A DNA stretch of 63,738 bases, filler included, from Choristocarpus tenellus KU-1152 (lineage: Eukaryota; Protista; Phaeophyceae): assembly GCA_964200185.2 (NCBI GenBank). It is 13 parts of 13 records of this genome, joined end to end, with 100 filler letters (N's around TTAATTAATTAA, not from the genome) between each part and the next. Parts side by side here need not be neighbours in the genome. Positions count along the whole stretch, not along the records: positions 17,124 to 25,031 come from CAXNAD020005410.1; positions 25,132 to 28,370 come from CAXNAD020021330.1; positions 28,471 to 32,405 come from CAXNAD020017061.1; positions 32,506 to 39,868 come from CAXNAD020006265.1; 9 more parts are not named here. One strand, 5' to 3'. The translations under genes and the position numbers were made by a program. The notes under the pieces are model-generated. The model was not told the origin of the DNA. It did no database searches and saw nothing but the letters and a program-made list of their open reading frames with translations. Each line of letters opens with the position of its first letter. Position 1 is the first letter of the stretch. Positions 24,812-37,989 of the stretch are shown one piece after another.

Positions 24812-24946
24812 AACAGCCGATTTCAAAAATTGAGGATGGAGCTTTTCATTTAAAAAAAATACATATCGTCACTTTATCCCAGTCAATTTTGGGTCAAGCC
24901 CATCCTCAATGAAAAGCTCCATCCTCAATTTTTGATATCGGCTGTT
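24812..24946. mobile_element. MITE family D, complete and highly palindromic
   Basis: AACAGCCGATTTCAAAAATTGAGGATGGAGCTTT ... AAAGCTCCATCCTCAATTTTTGATATCGGCTGTT. Confidence 0.85.
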
Positions 24947-25886
24947 AACTGTTTACATGCAAAAAGAAAAGTAATGGCTCAAAGTATCTGGGAGGGGGTG
25001 GCGGCTGTCCATTTGGGGTCAATTTTTTCATNNNNNNNNNNNNNNNNNNNNNNNNNNNNNNNNNNNNNNNNNNNNTTAATTAATTAANNNNNNNNNNNNN
25101 NNNNNNNNNNNNNNNNNNNNNNNNNNNNNNNCCCCCCCTCCCAGATACTTTGGGTTGAATAGTACCTCACTATGTCACACTGCTGCCGCCCGATGTTTAC
25201 ATCAGCAGTACACCTACTACCTCCACCTTGTCTCCATCGTGTTGATTTACAGCAGATCATCGATGGGTTGGAATATATGTGTGCGTAGGTGTTGTGCGCA
25301 TTTAGATCCACATCATTGATGTAAGGACATGAAGAGTCTTATCTGCTACTACTACACTACTAGTACTACGCAGTCAAACAATAAACCAGTTGGGAGATGA
25401 ATACTAAGTACTGATTATCTGAAACACTGGTATTTGCAAGTACTAGATATGCATGCTCTGAAGTAGTCCTAACTCTCACCATGCATCATCAGAATAATAG
25501 CTCAAATATATACATACACCACGCTATTCATAATTATTAGCATCATTGCAAGGGAACATAATCAACAAATTATACTGTCTGTCCGCAATTTACAACTTAT
25601 GAACTCTTCTTGTGTGACGTAAAATGAAGGTTGGAGTTTTCAAGCTGTTGCAACCAAGCATATTTCGAAGATTGTACACATTACGACTACTAGTTTGAAA
25701 AAAGGTCTGTCAGACTTACAACAACCACCAATAGCACAACAATTGCTTGTAACTTATATTATCACATTACTGTTCCTGAGTATTATATTATTTCTAGAGT
25801 GAAATGATCCATGTTGTTAGTCAATCCATTTATTTGGGAAAAGAGTTAACAGTAGTGACCAAAATGATGATGACCATATTAATTAT

Positions 25887-26114
25887 GAGTGGAAATATCT
25901 TAGAGGGTACGAGTTTTGCCCTGTTTGTCCATTTGGGGCTTGGCTTCCCATGTTTTTTTTAATGACATTTTCCTCCTTCAAAAAGTTTCGGAGTAGGTAA
26001 CATGTATACGTCATGAAAAGGTGTGTTTGGAACAAGGATATTGACACTTCCAACAAACACGATAGTCAAAATCATAATAATATTCGTCATAACTCGTACC
26101 CTCTAAGATATCTC
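25887..26114. mobile_element. MITE family B, rearranged right end
   Basis: GAGTGGAAATATCTTAGAGGGTACGAG...CTCGTACCCTCTAAGATAT. Confidence 0.8.
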
Positions 26115-28177
26115 AGTGTTGGTTGATGACAACGCCCCCTTAAAACCAGCCCTTCCCTTACGCACTGAGTCTAGGTAGTATTAATATCTATATGTCTTAA
26201 CAAAAACACAATGGGTATTTCATTATCCTCTTTTTCAAACATATGTTGCATTAACCGGCAACTTATTTCCGCCCACATGGACAAATGTTTAATGACTATA
26301 TAATGTAGAGGCATCGCTAGTAGTAGTGGTACAGCACACAACTGAGATCAGTCAGCATCCAGTTGTGCTTGCAAATATTTTGTTGGCAGGGTGGTAGCAG
26401 ATAGAGCTCTAATAGATCAACCACGAAATTTTCGATCTGGGAGAGAAAAGAGCTCTGAGTCGAGGATCTATGGTGTCCCCACATTAGACAAAAAAATATA
26501 TAATCTGTTCAAAAATAGGACTCCAGAGTAGTTAGAGTGAGTAATCGATGGTGTCATTTTCAGTTCACCGTGTGAAGGGGGCAAATTTAGGTATAGTGTG
26601 GTTTGCAGGTGGGTGTGTCTCTGTTGGCTCAACGTTCTACCACCTTGATGTATGTGTGTGTTATGTTTTTATGCCACAGAACACAACAGTCAGTCATACA
26701 ATACCACCGAAACCACGTCACCCATCACCTTCGAAACAGAATATCATTGCTGCCTGGTAATTTTTGCATCTCTTGATGACAACACACTTGTTACACCACA
26801 TGGATCAAGTATCCAAAAACGTATTCAGCCTCAACTAATTTGCGCTAAAAAACGCGATTCCCAGGTTACTTTGGGTTGTATCTCTGACTAATGTACAGAG
26901 GCATTGTACGGTTAGGTCAGATCTAAGTACCATGGTCACATTTATCACTTTTCCCTCCTGCCATTGTTAGTAGAGCTCTGGCAGCCGTCTATATACCACA
27001 TCCACACTTGCAGTCCTTAGTATTCCTTGATTCGTACTCATTCCGCCACCACTCACTGATACGATCACTCTCTAAATCGATACACCTTTGCTATACAAAG
27101 GAGGCATATTTAGAGTTGGTGTACAGGTCGATGAGGTGAGGCTTTCAGGACACTGCTTACTTGTCAGAGAGTTGTTGAAGAGTCTAAGCGGGACTACAAC
27201 CCAAGAAGCTAGGGATATTGAGAAGAATGAACTGGTTGTTGAGCATCACCCCTTTCAGGTACCAACTCTTGGATTTGAACTTGGAGACACACTCATTCTT
27301 TGGACAGGTGACTGAAACATCCTTTTGAACCAGGGTGTCCTAAGAGGGGGGTGCCGTTCATCATTGAGGACCTCTATGACTTGTGTGTTGGATTATGCGG
27401 AGTCGTGTAATTGGAAAATAGTTCCTACATCTGGATACTTTCTACATCCATCCATAGACTCCCGAGAGGGATCATCTGCATTTGAGTAATGAAAATGCGG
27501 TATGTCAGGTACAACTTTTTTTAAGCCCCCGTTTGATCAAAGTCCAGCCCCCTGTAGGGGACTTTGGCTCTTGATACAAATGGTCAGGTATTTTGATCAA
27601 CTTCAGACCACACATCAACAATGGTCTAGCAGTACCCACCTTTTTTGTTGGGGGGGGTTATTTGGATAATACTGACTTCATCATGACGGCGTTGTGGTTA
27701 AAGTATGACCGTATACACGATCCTGCACCCACGATTGAGGGGTAGGGTATTTGGTAGGAAAAAACAAGTAGAAAAATTAGTTTCAGCGAATTATTTACAT
27801 GATCCAATAATATAATAACATTGTCCTATTTGCTTGTTGTCCCTAAAGTAGGAACATTTCCGGCAACTGTTACTTTTTCAGGGGTTGTTCTGAAATCGAA
27901 TTGACTTGCTATGGGTTTTTCCTCTGACAAATCCGGAAAATGTTAGAGGGCATTGGTTGTAATATTTGTGGAAAGCAGGTTTTTAGTCATTATATCATTA
28001 TTTTATTATTATGCTCTCTGACATTTTGCAGATGTGTCCGGGGGGAAACCAATGAAAACTATATATATATGTCGTTATTAGCCCTAAAGAAATAATATAT
28101 CCTAAACGTAAGAACACTATAAAACATTGTAATTGTGGAAACCACTAATTAGTTGCTTCAACACTATCAAATATTGT

Positions 28178-28370
28178 CGGATGGACATCCCTTGCACTAC
28201 GGAGGACGGTAGCCTTTTCACTGTGGACCGTAATCTTCGCATGGATCTGGTGTTCCACGCAGGGGCACTAGCAGATGCTGGAACTGCTCCCTACAGGGAC
28301 AAAGGTCTCCTACTGGACATCACCTTCGCAGAGGTACAGGCCACCTCCCACCTCACCCATTCACCCGTCA
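28178..28370 (+). mobile_element. Restriction-like endonuclease domain fragment of a CRE/R2-type non-LTR retrotransposon
   Basis: EDGSLFTVDRNLRMDLVFHAGALADAGTAPYRDKGLLLDITFAEVQATSHL; the RMD...LLDIT pattern matches the RLE PD-(D/E)xK core. Confidence 0.6.
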
Positions 28371-28703
28371 NNNNNNNNNNNNNNNNNNNNNNNNNNNNNN
28401 NNNNNNNNNNNNNNTTAATTAATTAANNNNNNNNNNNNNNNNNNNNNNNNNNNNNNNNNNNNNNNNNNNNGTGTCACTCGCGCACCTCTGAGCGTGTGAG
28501 AAGCATGCAGTACCCTATCCTGGTCATGAAGGGTCGACAGTGTGCAATTTATCTCGGAAGGTATTGCTATTTATCAGTAGTGAAGACAAGAAGGTGTGGA
28601 GCCTCACATGATCCCCCTTTGTTGAACGCGAAAAGAATGGATGAAATTAGAAGAGTGACGTTTGTGGGGTGTCTCCTATTGCTTGTTTTTTTTTAATTAT
28701 TCT

Positions 28704-28848
28704 TGTCAGAACAATTTAACTATAATATCAAACTCCATAGGTAATTAAGATGTACTATCTCGTTAGTGACATCACTTGGACTCAATTCAACGCAATAATC
28801 TCACATGCACAAAACAAGGTACACCTCACTATTGCTCTATTTTGCACA
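28704..28848 (-). mobile_element. Putative short 3' LTR of the Copia element
   Basis: On the minus strand a polypurine tract GGGGGAG (28855-28849) is followed by TGTGCA...; the ...CTGACA end at 28704 is tentative. Confidence 0.45.
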
Positions 28849-28911
28849 CTCCCCCATGAGAGTGGAAGTAAAAGAACACAGATTGCTTCAACTCTCACAC
28901 ATACACGATGT

Positions 28912-29910
28912 TTATCTAGTCAACACAGTGTCCACAAAGTCTTCTACCTGCTTCTTGCGTAATCTTATTGTCAAGATGTCTGCAAGTTGTAATGCTGTGG
29001 GTATATACTTTACTGCGAAAAATCCTTGGTTGACATACTCCCTGGTGAATTTCAACTTGATGTCGACATGCCTTGTCCTTCCATTGAAACCTTCAGTTAT
29101 CGCTGCTTGGATCGCGCCTCAATTGTCCCCATACCAAGTCGTGACGTGACCCCTTGGGGTATGCCCAGCTCCCTCAGAATGCCTCTGAGAAATAGTACAT
29201 GCCTCATTCCATGCACCATCGCTGTCCATTCTCCTTCTGATGAAGATGTGGTCACAGCTCCTTGCATCTTGAATTTCCACGCAATTGGTGCCTCATTCAG
29301 AAGGATTTGATATCCTGTCATGCTTCGTCCTGAAGCAGTGTCATTGCCCCAGTCTGAGTCTCCATACCCGACCAGGCCCCCTTTGTCCGTTTCATCACCA
29401 GCAGGATAGTATATCCCTACTTTTATGGTGCCTGCTAGGTATCGTAGAACACATTGCAGCCCTTTCCAGTGTCGATTGCATGGAGATGCTGCATATCTTC
29501 CCAGTTCCCGCACACTGTTGGATGGGTCCGGTCGTGTCATCCTAGCTAGGAACCTAAGTTTCTCCAAAATAGTGCAGTAAGGTTTGTACCTCTGGTCCAG
29601 CTCCTCCGCGTCAGTTCTCCTTGGGGTCAGGTCCATTCCTGGGTTTAAAGGTGATGAGGTGGTCCGTACTTCTATGGATCTCATTCCCTCACGAACATTG
29701 CTCTCCGCGTAGATTCGTGGGTCCAGTGTGATGCCAGCCTCATCCCGCTTGACTGCCACCCTAACTAACTTGTCTGGGGTGCCGAGGTTCCGCCCTTCGT
29801 ACTTGGCAAGTATATTGCTCTTCATCCTCTTTATTTCCTCGTCGAAGTCTCCAGTCAACGAGATGTCATCATCCACATAGTGAAAGAGGACAGCGATCCT
29901 GATCATGTTG
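28912..29910 (-). mobile_element. Ty1/Copia pol fragment (RT C-terminus plus RNase H), 5'-truncated and frameshifted
   Basis: YVDD, MTRPD, GYGDSDWGND, RSMTGY, PIAWK, TTSSSEGE, then after a frameshift RTRHVDIK and QLADILT, with stop at 28912. Confidence 0.92.
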
Positions 29911-29955
29911 AGTATTTTGGTTTGAGTTTGACGATTTGCACAGCGATCATAGTAT

Positions 29956-30026
29956 GCGCCAGTAGTTCAGTGGTAGAATACGTGATTGCCATTCACGTGG
30001 CCTGGGTTCGATTCCCGGCTGGCGCA
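29956..30026 (+). tRNA. tRNA-Gly(GCC): tRNA-Gly (anticodon GCC), intact cloverleaf
   Basis: Acceptor GCGCCAG/CTGGCGC plus discriminator A; D arm GTTC/GAAT; anticodon stem CGTGA/TCACG with loop TTGCCAT; T loop TTCGATT; downstream TTTT. Confidence 0.9.
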
Positions 30027-30453
30027 CTTTTGCCTAAATTGTTCTTTCTTTACATTATCAATACTAATTTTCCTTAATTAAGTAAGCCCTTACCCTTTTT
30101 CTCCACTTCCGAGTGGTGGAGCGGAGGCCCCATTGGCCCTCCTTCTCTTTATCTCCATAACCCCGGCGTGCTTCATGTGGCTTACATTCTGTTGGCAATT
30201 TTTCTGCCTTTTACGTAGCCGCGTTTGATTCCCTGCTGGTGCAGTTGTACTTAGATTGTTCTTTCTGCGCAATATCATTAGCCTTCCTTAATCAACCCCT
30301 TACCCTTGTTCTACACTTCCGAGTGGTGGAGTGGAGGCCCCATTGGCCCTCTCTCTATACCTACATACATACTCCCTGCGTGATTCAAGTAGCTTACATT
30401 CTGTTGAAAATTGTTGGTTCATATGCTATTGGGGTCATAGGCATTCACAGGTT

Positions 30454-30523
30454 GCGCCATTAGTTCAGTGGTAGAAGACGTGATTGACATTCACGTGGTT
30501 TGGATTGATTCCCGCCTGGCGCA
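30454..30523 (+). pseudogene. tRNA-Gly pseudogene (anticodon mutated to GAC, T arm damaged)
   Basis: Aligns to 29956-30026 but the T arm reads tttggattgattcccg. Confidence 0.8.
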
Positions 30524-30949
30524 TTTTTGCTTAGACTGCTCCTTCTGTACAATATCATTAGCATTCCTTAATTAAGCCCTTGCCCTTTATCTACATTTCC
30601 AAGTGGTCGAGTGGAGGGGAGGCCCCGTTGGACCTCTCTCTGTATCTCCATAACCCCTGGATGGTTCAAGTAGGTTACATTCTGTTGACAATTCTTCTGG
30701 CATTCACGTGGCATGGGTTCGATTCCCTGTTGGCGCAGTTTTACTTAGATTGATCTTTCCGTACATTATCAACAGCCTTCCTTAATCAACCCCTTTACCC
30801 TTTTCCTACATTTCCAAGTGGTAGAGTGGACGGGAGGTCCCATTGGACCTCTCTCTACACTGGCATACCCCCTGTGTGATTCAAGTTGGTTAGATTCTGT
30901 TGACAATCGTTGGTTCATGCCTTGTTGGGGTCATAGGCATTCGCAGTAT

Positions 30950-31020
30950 GCGTTAGTGGTTCTGTGGTAGAATACGTTATTACTATCCGCGTGGCCGAGG
31001 TTTGATTCCCAGGTGGCGCA
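30950..31020 (+). pseudogene. tRNA-Gly pseudogene, heavily mutated
   Basis: Aligns to 29956-30026 with mismatches in all stems. Confidence 0.75.
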
Positions 31021-33109
31021 ATATTCCTTAGATTGTTCTTTCTGTAAATTATCCTTAGCCTACCTTCGTCCCTCTTGCCCTTTTTCTACATTTCCGAGTG
31101 ATGGAGTCGAAGCCCCATTAGACCTCTCTCTATACCTGCATACACCCCCTGCGGTGCAAGTAGCTTACGTTCTGTTGACAATTCTTCCTTCACGCCTTGT
31201 TGGGGCAATGATCAAGTAAAGTGCGGCTCATATATGTACAGAGCAATCCCATCTTAGGCAGGCTTCCATTCAGACCCATCTGGTAAATACCTGCTCTCTA
31301 CCTTCTTCTGCCTGACACGCCACTCTCATGCTTGAAGTGCAGCTAGCTCCCCTTGGGGGCCCGTGGCTGTCAAACAGACGGCTAACGTTCATCCACGTGT
31401 GTGAGCAACCACCGCCCAGAGTGTTACAAGCGGGGTGTACGTGTTAGAATGGAGTCGTTGCAGTGGCACCGGATACTCAACGACAACCTCCCCTAAAATT
31501 GGGATGGCTCACAACTCTGTGATGAGCCACTAAGCATTTCATTTTGTAGTTAGTGCTATGACTTGTGAGTCAGGCATTAGTAGATCGTAGAGTACATCGC
31601 TAGATCCAAAACAATAGGTATATGTGGCAAATATCATCAAACACCCACCCCTTCCCTTCTACCTGTAGTCCAACTATGTTGTCGGATATCAACGAGGGGA
31701 TGGTTGGGGACGCCCAGAAGGTGATCTGTTTGATTTTATAGGTATGTGGCAGGGCTCCGGCCTGTGATGCCTTCATTGAGTTTGACACTCTCTGAGAACC
31801 CCTTTGAATACCAAAGTTAAACATAGACCCCACAGGTACATGTTTCCTCCTACCTAGTCATCTCCTTCTGCACTAGCATTCAGTATGTTTTCGGTTTGGT
31901 GGGCTATACGACCGTACGGTATGACTAAGAGAGAACAGTTGACGGGATATCTGGAATTTCATGTACCGTTTAGGGATAAATGCATAGTGTCAAACTGGCC
32001 GCCAATGACAGATTTCCAAATTGACGGTGAACAACGGAAATTCCTGGATCACTTGGCGCACCGCCATGCTATACTCTTCAACATGTACCATATGAAACGT
32101 TGTTCTGTACAGTCAGGCACAGACCACACGCCCCGTCTCTGCCCGTTTCCTTCTGGTGCTGGTCGTGCACTCTGTGGCTGGTAGCTGATGGAGCTCCTCT
32201 CCCTCTTTCTCCATCCTGACACAGATCTCCATGGCTGGAACCAGGTACTCACATCGCTGCTGTTCCCTCCTAAATGCAGCACTCTGGCTACTAGCTGGCG
32301 GAGCTTACCTTCTTCTCCCCCCCACGGCACATCTGTTACAGGCGCCCCTCAATGCTCACCTTCCAGGATGTACAACTCAAATCCAACGACCTCAAAACGA
32401 CGCTANNNNNNNNNNNNNNNNNNNNNNNNNNNNNNNNNNNNNNNNNNNNTTAATTAATTAANNNNNNNNNNNNNNNNNNNNNNNNNNNNNNNNNNNNNNN
32501 NNNNNTTATTTTATTTTTCTTTTTTTTGGTGTCTTTTATTTTTTTTTTTTCCTTTTTGTTTTTTCCCCCTCACCCCCCCCCCCCCCCCCCTCTTGGTACA
32601 TGCATAATCTGGTTACAGTGATAAATACTAGCAAATATAGAATCAAACAACAATTGGTAAGTTTGAGGCCTAACGCTCACAATCCCTGAAGGTTTGGGGT
32701 GGGGGAAAGTAGTTAGTGCTCAATATGTGTACGTACAGGCATGTATGTTATCCTTCGTCCCCTGCAGATTTCGGTTTAGAGAGTCAAATGATACTGCGGA
32801 AACAGTCGATACGCCGTGCATTTTTTCCCTTCAAGCAGAATTTTTTTTGGGGGGGTGATCGAATCGTTACCCCCTCGTCATCACTCTTCCTTTACAATAC
32901 ATGGAAAGGTTCAAGAGTTTGCACCAAAACGAATTGGGATTAAGCATCTGGACCCACAAGGAGCAAAAGAGATCGAATCATATTCTGTGCAATCCCAGCA
33001 GGGGAACTTCTCAATACAAGCTCACCCTCCAGACCCCCCTATCAATGCCATTCATCGAAAAAGTAGCGAACTGATCCCTCTCTTCGCAACATACCATAGA
33101 CAGACTCAC

Positions 33110-33991
33110 CTGAGCGGAGCCTTCGACTCTGGGTTGTATTGTAACTCATCAAACTCTTCCACGCCTATTATGTGCCAATCTTGTGCGTCCCCTTCGTAGT
33201 GAGGATCCTCCATTAGAGATCTGTTGCGAAGAACGGTTACCCATGTCTCCTCTACACCTCCAACCCCACTTTCATCATCCTGCCTCTTCATGTGCCCACA
33301 ACTGGCACCCAGATTTGCGTCACGAGCTGTGACACCGCCTCTGCGCTGCTTTACCGAAATATGTGAGCAGTAGTGGTTTCTGAACACGATGGCAGTCAAG
33401 GACCGCGGAACCTTCTACAGTGGCAGTGGGAAACGTTTTTGCAAACATTTCCACCGTAGGTATTGCAGCGGGAATGGTCAATGCTTGCACTGGAGTTGAG
33501 GACTCAGAGTCTCTTCAGATTCTCAAGGTCCTACAAGTACTGCTTGACGATATGAACTTATTCTGCATACCTCCTCCGCCCATTAGATGAACAATGTCAA
33601 ACAGACCCGCTGAGTAAAGACAAACAACATTGCTTCTGTCCTGAGAACTGAACGTGAGGCAACCAGTCATACGAATGCCACAAAGAAGTACAGCGTGCGG
33701 ATCCACATCGTCACTGAGGACTCCGACTAAACTTTATACGCCTTATCAGCCCTCGACGATCCAGGAAAGATCAGGAAAGTTGTGTCTAGAGACTTTCGCC
33801 AATCATCACATCGCTAATCATACCTTGCTCACCTCCTCCCTGTCAGGCATGTAGGTAACTTCGAAGTAAGTTGGGCATGGGCGCTGCTGTCGAGTTTTAA
33901 CCACTGGCCCAACCAACACGGGGATAGCCAAGGGGGATGCAGTGGGAGAAGGTATCATTGAGGAATTGCGCAAGTTCGTAGAAGGGTCCAT
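33110..33991 (-). CDS. NICN1: Nicolin-1 homolog (tubulin polyglutamylase complex subunit), first two exons
   Basis: Exon 1 33991-33833 (MDPS...QQRPCPTYFEVTY, donor GTGAGC). Exon 2 33414-33110 (LTAIVFRNHYCSHISV...WVTVLRNRSLMEDPHYEGDAQDW...LR, donor GTGAGT) matches nicolin ITFKNYY and WVTCLRDYCLMPDPHSEEGAQ. No 3' exons were found. Confidence 0.7.
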
Positions 33992-34727
33992 ATCTTCAAC
34001 ACAACCAAACTAAGATCTTTGTGTGAGTTGATGTGTGTGTTTCTGTGAAGGAGCTCTGTAGCGCGCCCACTCAACACCCCATCACCCTGTAGTAGCCACG
34101 TTCCCCATCTTCTGCTCCTCTACTTTTTGTTGCGGATCGTATCGATTGAATCGTTCCGATTCGACTTAATCGCAGTTCAATCGAAATCGAAATTATTGGG
34201 ATCACTTGTTTCGTTGTTTTATATTTTGCGAGTCCAGTGTTCGGAGAAGAAGACAAGGATCATAAACAAACTTAGGACTACAAAAAACACCATTAGTGTC
34301 TGGAAGTACCCTAACACAGTGAGGGTGGGTTCCTGCGCGACTTCCAAACCATCTGACGGGTATGCCCTTCCATTTGTGGAGGATGACGGGAAGGAAGGTG
34401 AAGGGTTAGATGACCAGGATGCGCCTTGAATGTGGTTGAGCTGACGACCAACCAAGAGAAAGAGAGGTGCATGAAGGACTGGCAAAAATTGAAGCCTCAT
34501 GGGTCTAGATCTGGTATTTGACGGTCCTTTTGTGCTTGGACGAGAGGGAAAAAGCAAAAAGCTCTAAGTGCCTATGTGCTCCGTTTGTGTGGGGATGACG
34601 ACTTCTTGAAAGTCGGTATCAAGAACATCTCTCAGTTTTTTATATCGACATCACTGAAACCACGTTCCTTTTCATTTTAAAGTTGTGTCAAGGTCACCAA
34701 CTATAATTGTTTCTCTGTTTTAAACAA

Positions 34728-34839
34728 AACAGCGGATCAAGATAATGGAGGATGGATTTTTCCCAAAATGGTGCGCGGAAAGTGCCCATATTTTGTTCTC
34801 CATGAAATGATCCATTCACCATTATCTTGATCCGCTGTT
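34728..34839. mobile_element. Short MITE related to family D
   Basis: AACAGCGGATCAAGATAATGG ... CCATTATCTTGATCCGCTGTT; TSD ACAA. Confidence 0.85.
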
Positions 34840-35130
34840 ACAACTCCAATTATCTTGTCTTCAGCCTTACCTTATCACATCCCATCTTGCCCCCTTTTTT
34901 TGTGCTCTTTTCCTGGACCCAGGTAGGTGATGCTTCTGGTAAAGAGATCATTTGAGCCCATCATGGAAATACAGACGACTCTCAAGGGTGACACATACGC
35001 GACGGTATATATATTCATCCCCATTTTCTGCAATCTATGAGGGGGGCGAAGAACGCAGTTCAACCCTGCACCAACTCCCAAGCCACCACCCCTGGAAAGA
35101 AGGTAGATTAGAAAAATGTTGTACGTAAAT

Positions 35131-35310
35131 GGTTCAAAGTATCTGAGGGGGGAGTGGCGGCTGTCCATTTGGGGTCAACTTTTTCATGTCACGATTTTTG
35201 TGTGATTTGGTGGCATACGTCGTATCGATAATGGAAGTGCACTTTTCCTGGTTTTGGTCCAAATGGGCACCCTGGTGTAGACCGCCCCGCTCCCCCCGAT
35301 ACCTTGGGTC
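35131..35310. mobile_element. MITE family A, complete
   Basis: GGTTCAAAGTATCTGAGGG...CCCCGATACCTTGGGTC. Confidence 0.88.
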
Positions 35311-37989
35311 AATGTACAGGAGTGATGGTGACTGATTTCGTAAACTACTATGGAATATTCAAGGAAGAACATTGCCTGGTACTCTGAGGTGAGAATAGAC
35401 AGTCGAGAGGATTTATATGGAAGCAAATCCTGGCTGCTTGTTCAGACCCCAGGACCATAATCCTCTATGGCATTCCAAGGAATGAGGGGTGAGGATTTTT
35501 GGATGTAAGTGGAGTCGGAAGTCTTAGGTATTGTGAAGGCGGAGGACACAGCACAGGAGGCAGAGACTGACCCTCTTGTGGAACCAAGCCCATGCACGTA
35601 TACTATCCATATTGAGCGCACTCCTCCTAGAAAATACACTAGGGGTCTGTAAAGACAGTATCCCTTATAATGAGCCAAAGTTAAACCACAACTACCCAGG
35701 TTTTGCCCATTTTGTATTTTAAGGCAGTTCTCTAATCTTTCGCAATTCATCATTAAGTCCATGAATGAAGTGCTAAGTTTTGGTTTGAGGCTGTTGATTT
35801 CTCTACTGTTTAAAAACATTCGACACAATTCAGAAGACATCCTACATGTAATGAATGGTAGAAATAGGCGAATTTCGCACATACATGTTTGTCAGCATCC
35901 TTAAAATACAACTATGGGTACCTCTCGTTTACCTTGACCAAATATGTGGGAGATGTTCAGTAGGTAGGTGGTGGTGGGATATTGGAGCACATGGGGACAG
36001 CATGTATGTATGTGTAGAGGTTGATGCGTTCAAGATACAAGAGGGCCCCCCAGAATTGACTTGGACAGTTGAGCTTACAGCAACTCAATAGTGGCGGTGA
36101 GAAAGGAGTTCCTACTTTCTGCGCCTGAACAAATTTGCACGGTGATTTTAGCCATCATTGCTGGTACAAACTAGATTCCAAACACATGTTCTCCATAGCT
36201 GGCAATATTGCAACTTTCAAATGGAACAGGCTGGAACAAGAAATGTGCACCTTTTGTGTACCTTTACACCAACTTCTGGGTGGAGTTGGATGTATGTTAT
36301 TATGCAGGCTGTGAAGAAAGCCAACGGAAACGATACCACCTAAACACAGTTGTTGTAACAGCAATGTGTACCCACACATACACATAGAGCTAACTAGATG
36401 TAAGAATTGTTGAAAAATAATTACATCGCTCCTCGTCCCATAATCCTCCCCTCCTTCACAATTCTTCTTTCCAATTTGCTTCTTCAAAACATTAAGACAT
36501 CAAAACATACACGAAAAAATATGTTTCTTAGAGAGCGAACCAAGGGGTATCTAGTAGTGGGGACAGATGACCTCGAAAAATTTTCTAGAGGCTTGATTGT
36601 CTGACATGGTTCGACTATGATCAAGTAGATCGAAAAAAAATTCTACCTGATTTAACATATATTACTAAAATTTGAATTCACCACAGTAATATCCTTACTT
36701 ACTGAAAATAATTAGTATGTATGAGTGTTTTGAAGTTTGAGTCTGCATTTCAGACCAATATCATATTACAGGTGTAAAACATTTCTATACAAAATATAAA
36801 CTTAATATTTGTACCACATATATATATTGCAGATGTTACGATTAGGAACATAATACATGGCTTTACAGGAACCAAGATCCAACAACTATTCTAAAATATA
36901 TCCTATAATCATAAATCATTGCATGGAATAAATCTATAATAATGGTATGTCTGAATTTGAAGATTTCTACTGTTTTTAACCTTTGGAACAAACAAGATGA
37001 ACAAGGTGATGGGATGCGGTGTCAAGATTCCTCCACCTATCAGTGGGCAGGCAGACAGCGAAGGGTGTATTGTTGAACCTTCAATAGTGACAAAAACATC
37101 TTCCATCATATTACTATTGTTTGTTGAAACCCTTACCCGCACACCCTCTACATTCCATCGTGTGATGGGATCTACTCCTCCGCCATGACAACCATCCACA
37201 TCAAGACCAGATACGAAGACGGCGAGTCAACCAAACATCATTCATACAACTTTACTTATGTAAACCTGTAAGCCTCAGATTCAGGATGTATCGGCATCAT
37301 ATATCGGTATATGATCATATTCCGATATGTATATGTTGAAATAGTGTTCAAGGACGATAGACAAGATAAAACCTTGCTAGGTAACCGCCACAAAACATCT
37401 TTTTTGGTAGAGAATAGTGAGATAGTTGTAGGTCCTTAGTTCGAAGTGAAGAGGAATATCCAGCAGCATCGGTCTCTATATCTAAACCCTATCAAGCGAT
37501 ATCAATTAATACCAATATACATTAGCATACCTAGCCCTAACCCTAGTTCTAACCCTAGTTAGCCCTAACGCTAACCCCCCCCCAAAAGACAAAAAATAAT
37601 AAGTTATGTATTATTTCTATGGGAGTGTGATTATTAGGATATTCTTTGCGTGTATATAGAATGCGAAGTATAGTTATTATTGGTTATTGGTTTACACCCT
37701 CAAGATCCTGGACGCGGCGGAACTGATCCAGTCAAACCGCTAACCATCATCTCACAACATCATACCAAAACTCAACAACGCTCGCACCCACATCCATTCG
37801 TGACCTCGGGAACAGAAGCACGGCAGGGATCCAGACTTCTCTGAGTACTCATCATCAAGCATCTTTACCTTGGCGCAGAGGACGAGAAGAAAGTCCTGTG
37901 TAGGAGGAACAACACTGGCGACATGTTATCTGCTTACACAACTCACGGCATAATAATATTCCTCGCAATGCTTCCATTCCTAGTTCCAG

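Larger units (their letters stand above)
29956..31210 (+). repeat. tRNA-Gly-headed tandem array, 5 monomers with a ~497-bp dimeric period
   Basis: Full tRNA heads at 29956, 30454 and 30950; 3'-half heads at ~30210 and ~30700. Each head is followed by a shared tail (ttagattg...ttcc(g/a)agtggt.gag...tacattctgttga). Confidence 0.9.

Noticed and set aside
30454-30523. tRNA-Val(GAC) gene
   Set aside because: It is a mutated tRNA-Gly copy with a broken T arm and an acceptor mismatch.
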